Positions 46,646-56,867 of a stretch of 64,000 bases of DNA are shown here, one piece after another. Position numbers and translations under genes: made by a program. Each line of letters begins with the position of its first letter. The first letter of the stretch is position 1. Source of the stretch: a virus. Under the pieces are notes generated by a model, which ran no database searches, had not been told where the DNA came from, and saw only the letters and a list, made by a program, of their open reading frames with translations. The stretch is taken from IMG/VR virus record IMGVR_UViG_3300045974_000760, positions 64,001 to 128,000 of that record; one strand, given 5' to 3'.

Positions 46646-47755
46646 ATGGATGAGGATTTGGATGAACGAGACGCCATGTACCGCGACACGTTGTACATCC
46701 ACACGTGGAGCTTTATTGCCGCGCAGATGGAAGGGCGGCCGGTCGTAGACCAGTGTGTGGTCTACGCGTCGGAGAGTGAGCCTCATGTCCACATTCTGGA
46801 CAAGGGCGCGTTCGTGAACCCGCGTAACGTGTTGATTTTCCAGCCCGATGAGGAGGTGGCATTCGAGGCGTACGAGATTGGTGAGCCGCTCGGGATGAAG
46901 GTGATTCGCGGGGAGTTCGAGGAGATCTACCTTGAGTGCCGGAGAAGGGCAGGGCTGATGTTCTTCGAGACGGGCTCTCCGGCACCAGAGCGGGTTGGGC
47001 AGCTGCGCCACATCATCACGCAGGTTCTTGATACACGCGCCCTACTCGCAGTCTTCATCCCCAAGCCCACCGAGGAAGAGCTCGATCATGCGGTGGCGTA
47101 CATGAAGCGCGTCCACACCTATGACTACGAGGGCAAGGCGCTCGAGAAGGCTTTCACGCGCGGTGGGGTAGAAGAAGTCAATTACCTGCTGAACGCGGTG
47201 GGGATGAACGGACTGCCCGAGGACGTCTTCACCGCACTCAGCGAGAAGAGCCGTACGTTGTCCATCAACGGACTCGTCGACATGTACCACCCAGCAGTCC
47301 ACGCCAGCATCGAGGCTAAGCGCCGCGACTCACCCTGGGTGCTCTACGCACGAGCTCTACGTGAGACGGTCTGGGACGAGATCGGAATGGCGTACCGCAT
47401 CGGGGTCCAGGGAATCATCTACTCGGAGGTCATCTCCGCAGGTGTACTGCTTTTCGACGTGACGCGCTTCGGCAGTTCGAAGCAAGCACAGAAGCAACGC
47501 AAGACAGCCGCGCAGCTTGTAATGCGCCTTTTCAACATCGACACCAGCATCGATCAGAAAGAAGAGACCAAGAACCATGGCACGATCTCCAATGCAGTCC
47601 GCCGACGTTTCGCAGACCTCCACGAGCTCCAATGCAACGCCCTCCGTCGCGAAGCTGGTCTTGGTGTGGAGCTGCATGCCCCTGAAGATGTTGCGGGGCT
47701 CGGGGACGATGAAGTTCATCGAGGAGGAAGTGGGCCTCGAAGCCCACATCGTTGA
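46646..47755 (+). CDS. Hypothetical protein
   Basis: AAGGAGG SD after GGGATAAG. Confidence 0.7.
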   Translation: MDEDLDERDAMYRDTLYIHTWSFIAAQMEGRPVVDQCVVYASESEPHVHILDKGAFVNPRNVLIFQPDEEVAFEAYEIGEPLGMKVIRGEFEEIYLECRRRAGLMFFETGSPAPERVGQLRHIITQVLDTRALLAVFIPKPTEEELDHAVAYMKRVHTYDYEGKALEKAFTRGGVEEVNYLLNAVGMNGLPEDVFTALSEKSRTLSINGLVDMYHPAVHASIEAKRRDSPWVLYARALRETVWDEIGMAYRIGVQGIIYSEVISAGVLLFDVTRFGSSKQAQKQRKTAAQLVMRLFNIDTSIDQKEETKNHGTISNAVRRRFADLHELQCNALRREAGLGVELHAPEDVAGLGDDEVHRGGSGPRSPHR

Positions 47756-48347
47756 CCCCAAGGACAAGGGGAAAATCGACCCCGGGCAGTACGCCGGGGT
47801 CATCGCAATGCGGCCCATGATGGGCGCGCCCGCCAAGGGAAAAGTAGAGCGCGTCTCCTCAGCCGGAGGATTCGACGTCCTGTGGCTCGACCACCAAACC
47901 TCCCACCTCACGGAGCATATGAGGAACGTCATCCGGCGTATGGCGGGCGAGACACCTGTGGAGGTCGAGGCCCCCAAGCTCGCGCTCGCCCCCCCGGCGG
48001 AGGTCCACATCCCTGTGCCGATGAACTACCTCCCACAAGTGGAGGTGTCCGAGAGCGAGCAGAGCGTTATGCTTGCCCTCTACGAGAAGGAGAACAAGGA
48101 GCTCGGCGAAGAGCTGCGCGCGGTACGCGAAGAGGCAGAAGCCGCTCATACGCGCGGTAATTACCTCGCCGCAGAGAACGATCGCCTGACCCGCTCTCTT
48201 GCTGAGGCGAACGCCACAATCGACAGTATGCAGGAGCTGAAGAAGGCAGCGAAGGCATTGGCTCCCTTCCGCACGTTGCTCGAGCAGGGGGTCATGACGA
48301 AACAGCAAGTGCAAGAGCACATCTTGCGCTTGATCGACTTCGGCTAG
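47577..48347 (+). CDS. Hypothetical protein with C-terminal coiled coil (start uncertain)
   Basis: ORF track. Confidence 0.6.
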   Translation: MARSPMQSADVSQTSTSSNATPSVAKLVLVWSCMPLKMLRGSGTMKFIEEEVGLEAHIVDPKDKGKIDPGQYAGVIAMRPMMGAPAKGKVERVSSAGGFDVLWLDHQTSHLTEHMRNVIRRMAGETPVEVEAPKLALAPPAEVHIPVPMNYLPQVEVSESEQSVMLALYEKENKELGEELRAVREEAEAAHTRGNYLAAENDRLTRSLAEANATIDSMQELKKAAKALAPFRTLLEQGVMTKQQVQEHILRLIDFG

Positions 48348-48359
48348 AATGGGCGGGGT

Positions 48360-48897
48360 ATGGACCCACATAAAGTAGCCGCGATGCGAATCGTGGCCGT
48401 TCCTTGTACCCGGGAAGAGATGACCGCCAAGCTCACAAGTATCCGTAGCGACTTCCACCGCGACGGCTTCGTGGTGAAGCAGGCAGTGCAGCGGCCCGGA
48501 CGTATCCACGGGCATCGCTGCGAAGTACTCTCCGTCACGGGCATCAAGGAACTCGACAAGCGCCTACAACCGCTGCCACGCTCTGCGGATGGCAACGGAT
48601 AAAGAAGGCACCGTAGAACAACAGAACCTCGAGTTCCGCCGCGCTATCCAATCCGCGTACACCACGGTGCAAGCCGCCGAGGCGTCACGTGGATTGGGTA
48701 GTGTGACGTACGAGGAGCTGATGCAGCAGCAGGTGGACATGATTGAAGGTTCGGGGACAGATACGCGCCCCAGCATCCTTCAACGCATCGACCGGGTGGA
48801 GGCCGACATCCTTGCCGTGGTTGGGCAGGTGAAGGAGCTACCGGTCGAGTACGTCCTCCAGCCGAACGGGGAGCTGGACGCCAACACAGCACCTTGA
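48360..48897 (+). other. Small CDSs 48360-48602 and 48589-48897
   Basis: Overlapping ORFs. Confidence 0.45.
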
Positions 48898-49477
48898 GGG
48901 GTGCTAACTCTTCGGGGAGTTTCGGAGGTGCGACGCGGCCGGGGATTGTCTGGGAGAAGTTCCAGCGGGCGACGGCCTTCGGCTCATCAGCCTGGCAAGT
49001 CCCCAGGGTGTAGCCGCTGAGGTTCCCGCAGGCGCCGATGCTTTGCTTCAACATGCGGTGAGCCGCACGGAGGCACTTCTTGCGGTCGGCGATCAAGTCA
49101 GCGCCGGACCACCCTTCAGCTGTCTTACCTTCGCCGATGTGAATCTGTGCGAGGCAGAAAGAAGTGGCTTTGCCTTTCCACTCATCGCAGGCGCCCTTGA
49201 TGCATTTGCCATCGTCGACATCCTTGCGGTACCCCGACTCGAAGAAGGTGACGGCAATCAACAACTGGGCAGTTTGGATGCGTCCGTTTTTGCCCTTGAA
49301 GATTGGTTCTTCTTCCGCCACAACCGTAGCCATGTCGCGCGCAATACTGTTGTAGCGCGCCTTAGCTTGTTCTACCGTCTCGTTGTGCGGGTAGTGCTTC
49401 GCCCACGCGACACGCTTCTCTACAGGTGAAATCAGCAACATCACCGAGAGGATCCAAGTAGTGAGTAGTTCAATCAT
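48644..49477 (-). CDS. Secreted lysozyme-like (SLT-type) protein
   Basis: Hydrophobic N-terminus; VTFFESGY and SFCLAQI motifs; C-terminal tail probably run-on. Confidence 0.6.
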   Translation of the reverse strand: MIELLTTWILSVMLLISPVEKRVAWAKHYPHNETVEQAKARYNSIARDMATVVAEEEPIFKGKNGRIQTAQLLIAVTFFESGYRKDVDDGKCIKGACDEWKGKATSFCLAQIHIGEGKTAEGWSGADLIADRKKCLRAAHRMLKQSIGACGNLSGYTLGTCQADEPKAVARWNFSQTIPGRVAPPKLPEELAPLKVLCWRPAPRSAGGRTRPVAPSPAQPRQGCRPPPGRCVEGCWGAYLSPNLQSCPPAAASAPRTSHYPIHVTPRRLAPWCTRIG

Positions 49478-49526
49478 CGGACCGAAAGAGGTAGTAGGTC
49501 CCGCCACGCTGTCAACTGAGGAATAC

Positions 49527-49976
49527 ATGACCACACCTGATACAACCGTGCCCGCTGTCGCAACCGCCCCCGTCGAGAAGCGGGTCATCCGTCGCCGTAA
49601 GTTGGAGGACCTCATCAATACGATTGGGGAGCGCTACTTCTCGTTGCCGGGCGTTCCAGATGGGAAGTTGTTGTTGAGTGTTGAGACTGCGGGGGATGCG
49701 TACACCACGGCGGTTGTGAACGAGCAGATGGCGCTCGTGTTCGAGGGCAAGGGGAAGAACCTCGCCGAGGCGCTGGTCGATACGCTGCGCGGGGTTGTCG
49801 AAGCGGAGACCGCGTCGGATGCGGAAGCAGAGGCAATCCGCAAGCTCGAGGAGGAGCTCGCGGCGAAGAAGCTGGCGGCGAAGTCGAAGAAGAACATCCT
49901 CTCCGACTGGAAGGGCTTCGGCAAGAGCGGGGGCGGGGACGAGGCGGCGGACGCCGAGACCGCTGAAGCCAAGTGA
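49527..49976 (+). CDS. Hypothetical protein
   Basis: GAGGA SD. Confidence 0.65.
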   Translation: MTTPDTTVPAVATAPVEKRVIRRRKLEDLINTIGERYFSLPGVPDGKLLLSVETAGDAYTTAVVNEQMALVFEGKGKNLAEALVDTLRGVVEAETASDAEAEAIRKLEEELAAKKLAAKSKKNILSDWKGFGKSGGGDEAADAETAEAK

Positions 49977-50686
49977 GCTTCGAGGTCTGGAAGAGCTGGT
50001 CGGTGTACCCGCTCAACTTCCGTACGTGGCCGTCGATGGCTACGTGCGACCTGCACGGCCGCATCATTACGCGGTCGCTGTACAGCAAGGCAGCAGAGGC
50101 GGCGCCGGAGGACAGTGCGTTCCGCGTGTTTCTGTTGAAGCACAATCTGACGATTGACCACGCGGACGTGGGGTATGTGCGGGCGTACTTGCTCGCCTTC
50201 CCTCCAGTCCAGAAGGAGGAGCCTGTTGGCCTTGATACCCCTGCTGCCCGCAACCACCGAGACATCAAACCCAAAGCTCGGGAAAAGCGTCTCCTGGGCG
50301 ATAAAGCAAATGGAGCGCGGGAGGGAGGTGACGCGCTTGCAGTGGGTCGACCCTCCGAAGCGCCCACCGTACCTGTACAGGTCCCTCACGTTGAGCGCGC
50401 TGTGTCGAATACCAGCGCACGTGAGTCTGCCGGCGAATCCGGAGGCGCAGTTGCGAACGAACAAGTCGTACCTGTACGAGCTGAGCCTGCAGGACAAGGA
50501 GGCGAAGGATTGGGTGCGCCTGGACTTCTGGCTTCGGGACAACGGTATACGGCGGCACTAGACTCGTTCCACAAGGGGCGTCGAGTGCGGCGGGGTATCT
50601 GGCCCGTCTCGCAGTGGAAGACGGAGGAGAAGAGTCCATCGCGTGACATGTTCGCGATGGATTGGGAGATCTGGTCGCCGTTATGA
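49973..50686 (+). CDS. Hypothetical protein whose frame runs into a Tad2-like C-terminal unit (possible own TTG start at 50510)
   Basis: YTAALDSFHKGRRVRRGIW...DMFAMDWEI. Confidence 0.5.
   Translation: MSFEVWKSWSVYPLNFRTWPSMATCDLHGRIITRSLYSKAAEAAPEDSAFRVFLLKHNLTIDHADVGYVRAYLLAFPPVQKEEPVGLDTPAARNHRDIKPKAREKRLLGDKANGAREGGDALAVGRPSEAPTVPVQVPHVERAVSNTSARESAGESGGAVANEQVVPVRAEPAGQGGEGLGAPGLLASGQRYTAALDSFHKGRRVRRGIWPVSQWKTEEKSPSRDMFAMDWEIWSPL
50226..50561 (+). CDS. Tad2/DUF2829-like protein
   Basis: AGGAGGA + TTG; VSWAIKQMERGREVTRLQW...DKEAKDW. Confidence 0.55.
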   Translation: MALIPLLPATTETSNPKLGKSVSWAIKQMERGREVTRLQWVDPPKRPPYLYRSLTLSALCRIPAHVSLPANPEAQLRTNKSYLYELSLQDKEAKDWVRLDFWLRDNGIRRH

Positions 50687-50729
50687 GGAGGGTGCTTGTT
50701 CAGGCCCTTTTCATAGCTACAACTCTCGG

Positions 50730-51809
50730 ATGACACTTCCGATCTACGCCGGCTCCTACAAGGACTACACCGGCTTTTGGTCTCCGGGCATCTACAAGTA
50801 CAACCTGCAGGCTATTGGCCCCCTCAGCGATGAGGCGGATAAGCGCACTGCGGTCATCGCTGCGACAGAGGGCGGGGCGTACGACGCCTCGAACTTCTAC
50901 GACCGGTGCATTGCGACACACGGCCTGATTCAGTTCTGCGACGCGAGCATGTTTGGCGTCTGTGACTTGTTGGGCGCGGTGGCGGACTACGATGTGACGA
51001 AGATCGAAGCGGTGGGCGAGTACGCCGCACATCGAGCCTTCTCGTTCACCAAGTCCACGGGCAGGTGGCGGTTCTTCGACAACGCCAAGAGGGCCCCCGT
51101 CCTCACGCTCGAGCAGCAGCGCCACCTGTGGATTCTGAACTCCGACGGGCACTCGTGGGATGAGGCATCGAAGACCGTAGCCAAGGGGTGGATCCAGGCT
51201 CTGTCCGCTGTGTGGGCCGATGAAGATGTACGCGCGCTCCAACGCCGCTACGTCGCGCAGAAGCTCATGGGCTTCGTCATGGCCCCCGTCCGCCCCATCC
51301 TGTTCGGCGATGTCGCCTTCGGGGAGAACATCACACTCGCCGGGCAGGCCGCCTACTTGTCCTTCGCCGCCAACCTCCCCGCAGTTGCTGGAGCTCAGTT
51401 CGCCAAGCTCTCCCCCTCCCTCGAGCGCGGCACCATGGAGTGGCTCCTCGAGCTACTACGTGTTCTTACCTTCGGCGCCGGTATCCCCATCTACGTCGAC
51501 CGCTACAACAAGATCCGCCCCCACCTCGAGCGCCTCTACGACGTCGACCTACCCGACACCGCCGCTCTCCTCAAGGCCGGCACAACTGCGCTCGACCACC
51601 CCCCAGCAAGCAACCCAATCGGCGCTTCTGTTGCGCAGCATGCCTTGATTGCTGCTGGATTCGATCTCGGCCCCATGGGCGCCGATGGCGTCTTCGGAGC
51701 TCGCAGCAAATCCGCCCTGGTTGAGTTCCAACGCACCCACGGACTTACTCCCGATGGCATCCTCGGCCCCAAGTCGAGTGATGCCCTGCTCAAAGTTCTC
51801 AACGGCTGA
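50730..51809 (+). CDS. Endolysin with C-terminal peptidoglycan-binding domain
   Basis: QHALIAAGFDLGPMGADGVFGARSKSALVEFQRTHGLTPDGILGPKS. Confidence 0.85.
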   Translation: MTLPIYAGSYKDYTGFWSPGIYKYNLQAIGPLSDEADKRTAVIAATEGGAYDASNFYDRCIATHGLIQFCDASMFGVCDLLGAVADYDVTKIEAVGEYAAHRAFSFTKSTGRWRFFDNAKRAPVLTLEQQRHLWILNSDGHSWDEASKTVAKGWIQALSAVWADEDVRALQRRYVAQKLMGFVMAPVRPILFGDVAFGENITLAGQAAYLSFAANLPAVAGAQFAKLSPSLERGTMEWLLELLRVLTFGAGIPIYVDRYNKIRPHLERLYDVDLPDTAALLKAGTTALDHPPASNPIGASVAQHALIAAGFDLGPMGADGVFGARSKSALVEFQRTHGLTPDGILGPKSSDALLKVLNG

Positions 51810-51915
51810 CTCACAATAAGAACGTGCTGACGTCAGAAAGTACTGGACGTATTGCTTCTTCCAGCGAAAAATAAGGGCCTGCTCAACATAGGAGCTAAGA
51901 GAAGGAGATAAGACG

Positions 51916-52113
51916 ATGGATAAGGAACTTGAGGTCTTTCACCAGAAGTGCAGCGATGGCTTCCAGAATGTCGTGAACATCCTGGCCGCAGCCTTGCTCG
52001 ACCCCGACGCAACCAAGCGGGCTCAGGCAATCCGTACTGCACACAATCGACTGGTCGAAAAGAACCTGCCCGTGCCCGCAGCGCTCGAGCGCGTCGCCGG
52101 CTCCCTTCACTGA
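51916..52113 (+). CDS. Small hypothetical protein
   Basis: AAGGAG SD; followed by a terminator. Confidence 0.55.
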   Translation: MDKELEVFHQKCSDGFQNVVNILAAALLDPDATKRAQAIRTAHNRLVEKNLPVPAALERVAGSLH

Positions 52114-52210
52114 CCCCACCGCCTTCCCCCTCCAGGGCTCCCCACGCTTCTCACCAAGCGCCGGGAGCCCTTCTTCTTTTCTAGCTCCAACTCTCGTGTA
52201 GACTCCCCCC

Positions 52211-52864
52211 ATGTACGATCTCCAGGTCGTCCTCCCGGTGGAAGTCATCGAGCTCAGCTCCGTCACTCTCCTGGGCGGCGTTACACCCTCCACCATCCGC
52301 GTCGTCGGCAAGGACTTCCGTACTGTCGCGCGCGTCACCATCAACGATATCGAGTCCCCCGCACTCAATATCAAAAGCCGCACCGTCCTCGAGGCTCAGG
52401 TCCCAGACATCATCGACCCGCTCAGCATCTCCGCGGTTCAGGTGATGTCCAACCAGCTCACGCTGTCTCCCCAGAACCTCCTCCAGTTCCGGCTCCTTGA
52501 CGTACCCACCGCCGTCAACGGCTTCTTCCGTCTCATACAGCTCTTCGTCAAGATTCTGCTGACCACCCCAGGTCGCGACATCTTCTCCCCCAATCTCGGC
52601 GGGGGAGCTCTACGTGGACTCGGGCGAAGCTACGCCGGCTCAGAAGCAAGCAGCCTCGTCAGCGACCTGCACATCGCGGTCAAGCAGACCGTGAGGCAGA
52701 TGCTCTCCGTTCAGGCGCGCTCCCCTCGCACCCCCCTGCAAGAGCGGCTGCAGAACGCCTCGGTTGTGAACTCCACGTACAATCGTGACCAGCAGGCGCT
52801 ATACGCCTCCATCGAGCTCCTCAACCAAACCAACATGTCCGCAGCCCTCAACCTCACGCTCTGA
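52211..52864 (+). CDS. Baseplate gp25/GPW-like protein with N-terminal Ig-like domain
   Basis: QLFVKILLTTPGRDIFSPNLGGG; precedes the J-like gene. Confidence 0.7.
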   Translation: MYDLQVVLPVEVIELSSVTLLGGVTPSTIRVVGKDFRTVARVTINDIESPALNIKSRTVLEAQVPDIIDPLSISAVQVMSNQLTLSPQNLLQFRLLDVPTAVNGFFRLIQLFVKILLTTPGRDIFSPNLGGGALRGLGRSYAGSEASSLVSDLHIAVKQTVRQMLSVQARSPRTPLQERLQNASVVNSTYNRDQQALYASIELLNQTNMSAALNLTL

Positions 52865-52871
52865 GAAACCG

Positions 52872-55800
52872 ATGACCATCCTCGACCTGCAGACCCTCAT
52901 CATCGAGCGTATCGGCGCGTACGACTCAGACATCGATACCTCCTCGGGCTCGCTTGCGGACCAGAAGATCATCCAGCCACTCCTGAGGCGTATCGGCACC
53001 GACCCCTTCTCCGTCGATGCCCTCACCTTCATCCGGCAGCGTCTTCTCGACGAGTACCCCGACCAGGCTCTGCAAGACGGGGACGCTCTCTCCGACCTCG
53101 TCGTCAATATGAACGCGGTCCTGCTCGAGCCGCTGATTCGGGAGATTGACCGCATCCGCAATCAGCAGTCCTTTGCGGACCCGTCCATCCTCACCCTCGA
53201 TGAAGCAGCCGCGCTCGGCGCGAACTTGTTCTCCGAAGTAGACCGCGGACAAGTAGCCTTCGGTGTGGCGCGCATCTACTTCGGCACCCCACAAGACTGC
53301 CCGCTCACCCCCGTCAACTACTTCCGCTCACGCGCGGGGTTGCGCTTCTTCCTCACCGAGAATCAATCCATCCGCCAAGAGCAGATGGTCCTGAACGTCG
53401 AGAGCAATCTCTATTACTTCGACGTCACCGTGAAGGCCGAGGCCCCCGGCGAGCAGTACAACATCGACGCCGGTGAGCTCGTCTCGATTGCCGCCACCGT
53501 CAGCGCAGCTCGTGTCACCAACAAGCGCCGCTTCCGCTTCGGTGTCTCGGCCGATGACTCGGTCAGCTTCGTAGGTCGTGTAGCGCAAGAGCTCGGCGAG
53601 AAGAGCCTCGTCACCTCTCGCGGCATCATCGCGCAAGTACCGAAGACCTTCCCCGAAGTATCCCGCATCGCCGTCGTCGGCTTCAACGACCCCGAGATGC
53701 AGCGGGACATCTTGCGAGGGGGCAGCGCCGGCCCCGTTCGAGCCGGCGACAGCAACGGGCAGGTCCGGGCAGACGGCGAAGGGCGCTCCTTGTCGCGGCG
53801 GCTCTATGTGCCCGACGCAGACTTCACTGCATTGATTGGCCCCGTGGGCCTCTCGCGCGGTTTCGTCATGACCGTCATCAATGCGTTCGGAAGCTCGAGC
53901 CCCCCACCCGTACGTGACCTTCATGTGCGCGCTATCATCGACCCCAACACGGTCGACTTCGAAGAGCAGGTCATGTTGGCCGGCACCGTCGATGTACCGT
54001 GGGCGTTGAGGAAGATTGAGCTCGTGCTCTCCGGTATCCCCGGCGGCATCCTCTACCCGAACACCACGAACGGCACCATCACCGTCCCACCAGACCAGGT
54101 GCACATTGGCGGGATGACGGATGTGTACCTGAGGGGCGGGACCAGCGATGGTGGGGACCTGACGCTGGATTCGCTGACGGACGAGAACCCCTCACTTTCG
54201 GGCATCGCGTGCGAGTGCATCAACTCAACCGGACAGGTGGTGCTGCGTGACCTGCTGCTCGGCACGAACTACGCGGCGAACGACCCGACCTACGACATCC
54301 TCGAGACAGCGCGTGTGAAGCAGCTCACGCTGCAGATTCTGAATGGGCCTTCTGGGCTCCCTGGCGCGTATCGCATCGTGGAGGTGACGCAGATTGATGG
54401 GTCACATCCAGTTGTGCGGGTGACGCCTGTCCCGCTGGTTGTGAGCGGGGATTACCGCTGGCGCCTGCTCGACATCATCGACGTAGAGCTCGCGGACCCG
54501 AAGGAGCTCAAGGCGGCGGGCAGTGACATGCAGACCATCCAGAACGCGGACTTCGTGTCCACGGCATCTGGTGTGGACTTCGACGCGCTCGGTGTTGGTG
54601 CGGGGGATGTACTCCGTATTCTCAACGGCGCTGATGCGGGGGACTACAAGGTCAAGACCGTCCTGACGCCGTTCTACACGCGCATCCAGCTCGACAGGAA
54701 GCTGGCGTATTCGATGTCCGGGGTCTCCTACAAGATCTTCCGACCGAACACCGACGGCGGCATCTTGCTTCCGCTGCTGCGCATCAACGCGCTGAAGCTG
54801 CTTGATACGAGTGGGCAGCCAACGGGAGCCACCATCCCCTACGCGCTTCCGGTGGATGCGCAGTCCACCGCGTTCAGTAACCCAGCACGCGGTGTGAAGT
54901 GGGAAGTGCGTGACGCACGTCTCGGCCTTGTATCGAAGACCTCCCTCGGCGCAGGTGTAGACCGGACGCTGCTTGATGGCGGCTCGCTATCATTCTCTCT
55001 GGTTGGTTACGGCGTGCGTACCGTGGGCTTTACGCTGCCGGGGCCCGGAACCATCTCTCTGCCCGACCTCGTTGCACTCATTGCGGCCGTGTTCGCCTAT
55101 CCCAACGGTTGTGTTGCGGTGTCGGACTACCCAGGAGGAGCTCCTCTTGCTTTCGGTATTCTGCCCACGCCCCGAGACGAAGGTGTGTACCTGTATGGCG
55201 GGAGCCCTACTGTAATCGCGGCACTATTCGACGGCTCCCCCGTCGGGGTGCTCTCGACGGAGTCCATCTCCTCGACGTATGTAGAAGAGCACGGCGGTTG
55301 GAGCAACGTGCACCCGTTGATTGACCCAGTGCTGGATGTACTCGATGTACTGGAAGGGTATCAGATTGGGCACTACGCCAATCTGACCCCATCAGCGACG
55401 GACCTTCGTCAGCTCATTACGACGCGCAACTTCTCGCCGGAGATCAATCGACTGGTGCGCGTGGGAGCACGCAGTCTCGGCGCGGCGCGCATGTTCTTCC
55501 TCGAGCCCACCACGATCGAGATTGACGACGCGACCCGGTTCAAGGCGGAACTGTCCAACGGCAATATCGTGGAGTTCAAACCCGACCCCACTCTCAGCTA
55601 CCAGAAGATTCCTGCCCTCCCGAATGGCTCCCCGGTGAAGGATGGGACTGTGGCTGCCTTTGACTCCTACCTCGAGTCGCTCAGCACCGACTTCCTCCGC
55701 TACGGCGTACGCGAGGGCGATATCCTCACCATCACGTATCAGCCCGTGCGTGGCACGGCTGCACTCCCTGACCCAGTCGTAGGTCTGGTCGCGCGAAGGC

Positions 55801-56867
55801 TCACGCTGTCGCTCGCCGACGGGAGCAACAAGGACGTCATCTTTGTTCGCGACTCGAGCAGCATCGCGTCCAACGCCGTCACACGTGCGGGCGTTGCGAG
55901 CCAAATCAATCAGACGGTGGGGCAGACCGTCTGCAGCATTGTGCAGGACGGGCTGAACTACTACCTCGAGTTCGACGCCAGTATCTCGGTAGTCATCCGC
56001 GCCGCCAGTACAGCCAACACCTTGCTTGGTTTCGATACGCTCGTAGACACGGACAACAGTGCGGCGTGCGCGGGCAGCTATACAGTACTCACGGCGGATG
56101 TGAACCGCGTCTATGCCCTCATGACGCCTACCGCCGCGGCATCGCGACTGCACTTCAACATCACACGCCCGGGCGCACAGCGCATTGTCGCCACCGCCAT
56201 GGCGAAGAACGTCGCCGAGACCGGCCTCTACTACTTCGATGTAGAGCTCGTCTCCGAAGGTACCGGTGACCTCTGGAACATCCCAGCCAGCATCCAGCTC
56301 TCTCCGCGTGCCTTTACCTCAGACGGCTACTGGCTCACGACGCCTGACACCGCCCTCACCTTCTCTGCCTCCGAGAGGCCCGTGCTGCACGTCTCCCGCA
56401 GCATCCTCGAGGTCGGGGTGAATGACGACCCTGCTTCGGCTACCCAGCTCGCCGGGCAGAAGGTCCAGGTCTCCTACGACTACAGCGCCACAACGGAGAA
56501 CGTGGGCTCCTTCCTCCGCACCGACGACACGCGGGTCATCAACAACAACCCGCTCTCTCGTCACCTCATCCCCCACTACGTCCGCCTCGACATGACCTAC
56601 CAAGGCCCCGTCACAGAGGCGCAGCTCCTCACCGCGATTCAGACGTACGTCGACGAGGCACTGCCGACCATCGCATTCGAAGCGAGTGACATCGCGGCCA
56701 TCGCCTCGAAGCGGGGAGCCACCAGCATCACCCTCCCCCTTACCCTGCTGGCGGTCGTACATGATGTTGACCGCTCGGTGTGGTGCACCCGTTCGCAGAA
56801 CCAGCTCAACATCGGTAGGCTGGCGGCGTTCGTCCCCGACGTCATCACGGTGCGACGAGCGGGCTAA
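52872..56867 (+). CDS. Large baseplate J-like (wedge) protein
   Basis: AFGVARIYF...AEAPGEQYNI...VTNKRRFRFG...SLVTSRGI...VVGFNDPEMQRD. Confidence 0.75.
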   Translation: MTILDLQTLIIERIGAYDSDIDTSSGSLADQKIIQPLLRRIGTDPFSVDALTFIRQRLLDEYPDQALQDGDALSDLVVNMNAVLLEPLIREIDRIRNQQSFADPSILTLDEAAALGANLFSEVDRGQVAFGVARIYFGTPQDCPLTPVNYFRSRAGLRFFLTENQSIRQEQMVLNVESNLYYFDVTVKAEAPGEQYNIDAGELVSIAATVSAARVTNKRRFRFGVSADDSVSFVGRVAQELGEKSLVTSRGIIAQVPKTFPEVSRIAVVGFNDPEMQRDILRGGSAGPVRAGDSNGQVRADGEGRSLSRRLYVPDADFTALIGPVGLSRGFVMTVINAFGSSSPPPVRDLHVRAIIDPNTVDFEEQVMLAGTVDVPWALRKIELVLSGIPGGILYPNTTNGTITVPPDQVHIGGMTDVYLRGGTSDGGDLTLDSLTDENPSLSGIACECINSTGQVVLRDLLLGTNYAANDPTYDILETARVKQLTLQILNGPSGLPGAYRIVEVTQIDGSHPVVRVTPVPLVVSGDYRWRLLDIIDVELADPKELKAAGSDMQTIQNADFVSTASGVDFDALGVGAGDVLRILNGADAGDYKVKTVLTPFYTRIQLDRKLAYSMSGVSYKIFRPNTDGGILLPLLRINALKLLDTSGQPTGATIPYALPVDAQSTAFSNPARGVKWEVRDARLGLVSKTSLGAGVDRTLLDGGSLSFSLVGYGVRTVGFTLPGPGTISLPDLVALIAAVFAYPNGCVAVSDYPGGAPLAFGILPTPRDEGVYLYGGSPTVIAALFDGSPVGVLSTESISSTYVEEHGGWSNVHPLIDPVLDVLDVLEGYQIGHYANLTPSATDLRQLITTRNFSPEINRLVRVGARSLGAARMFFLEPTTIEIDDATRFKAELSNGNIVEFKPDPTLSYQKIPALPNGSPVKDGTVAAFDSYLESLSTDFLRYGVREGDILTITYQPVRGTAALPDPVVGLVARRLTLSLADGSNKDVIFVRDSSSIASNAVTRAGVASQINQTVGQTVCSIVQDGLNYYLEFDASISVVIRAASTANTLLGFDTLVDTDNSAACAGSYTVLTADVNRVYALMTPTAAASRLHFNITRPGAQRIVATAMAKNVAETGLYYFDVELVSEGTGDLWNIPASIQLSPRAFTSDGYWLTTPDTALTFSASERPVLHVSRSILEVGVNDDPASATQLAGQKVQVSYDYSATTENVGSFLRTDDTRVINNNPLSRHLIPHYVRLDMTYQGPVTEAQLLTAIQTYVDEALPTIAFEASDIAAIASKRGATSITLPLTLLAVVHDVDRSVWCTRSQNQLNIGRLAAFVPDVITVRRAG

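Noticed and set aside
20072-50686. Long gene overlaps and A-to-C fusions spanning a nested gene (20072, 25901, 49973) as a sign of an altered genetic code
   Set aside because: All share the phase in which a stop needs T at the nested gene's third codon position. That is rare at high GC3, so composition explains it.
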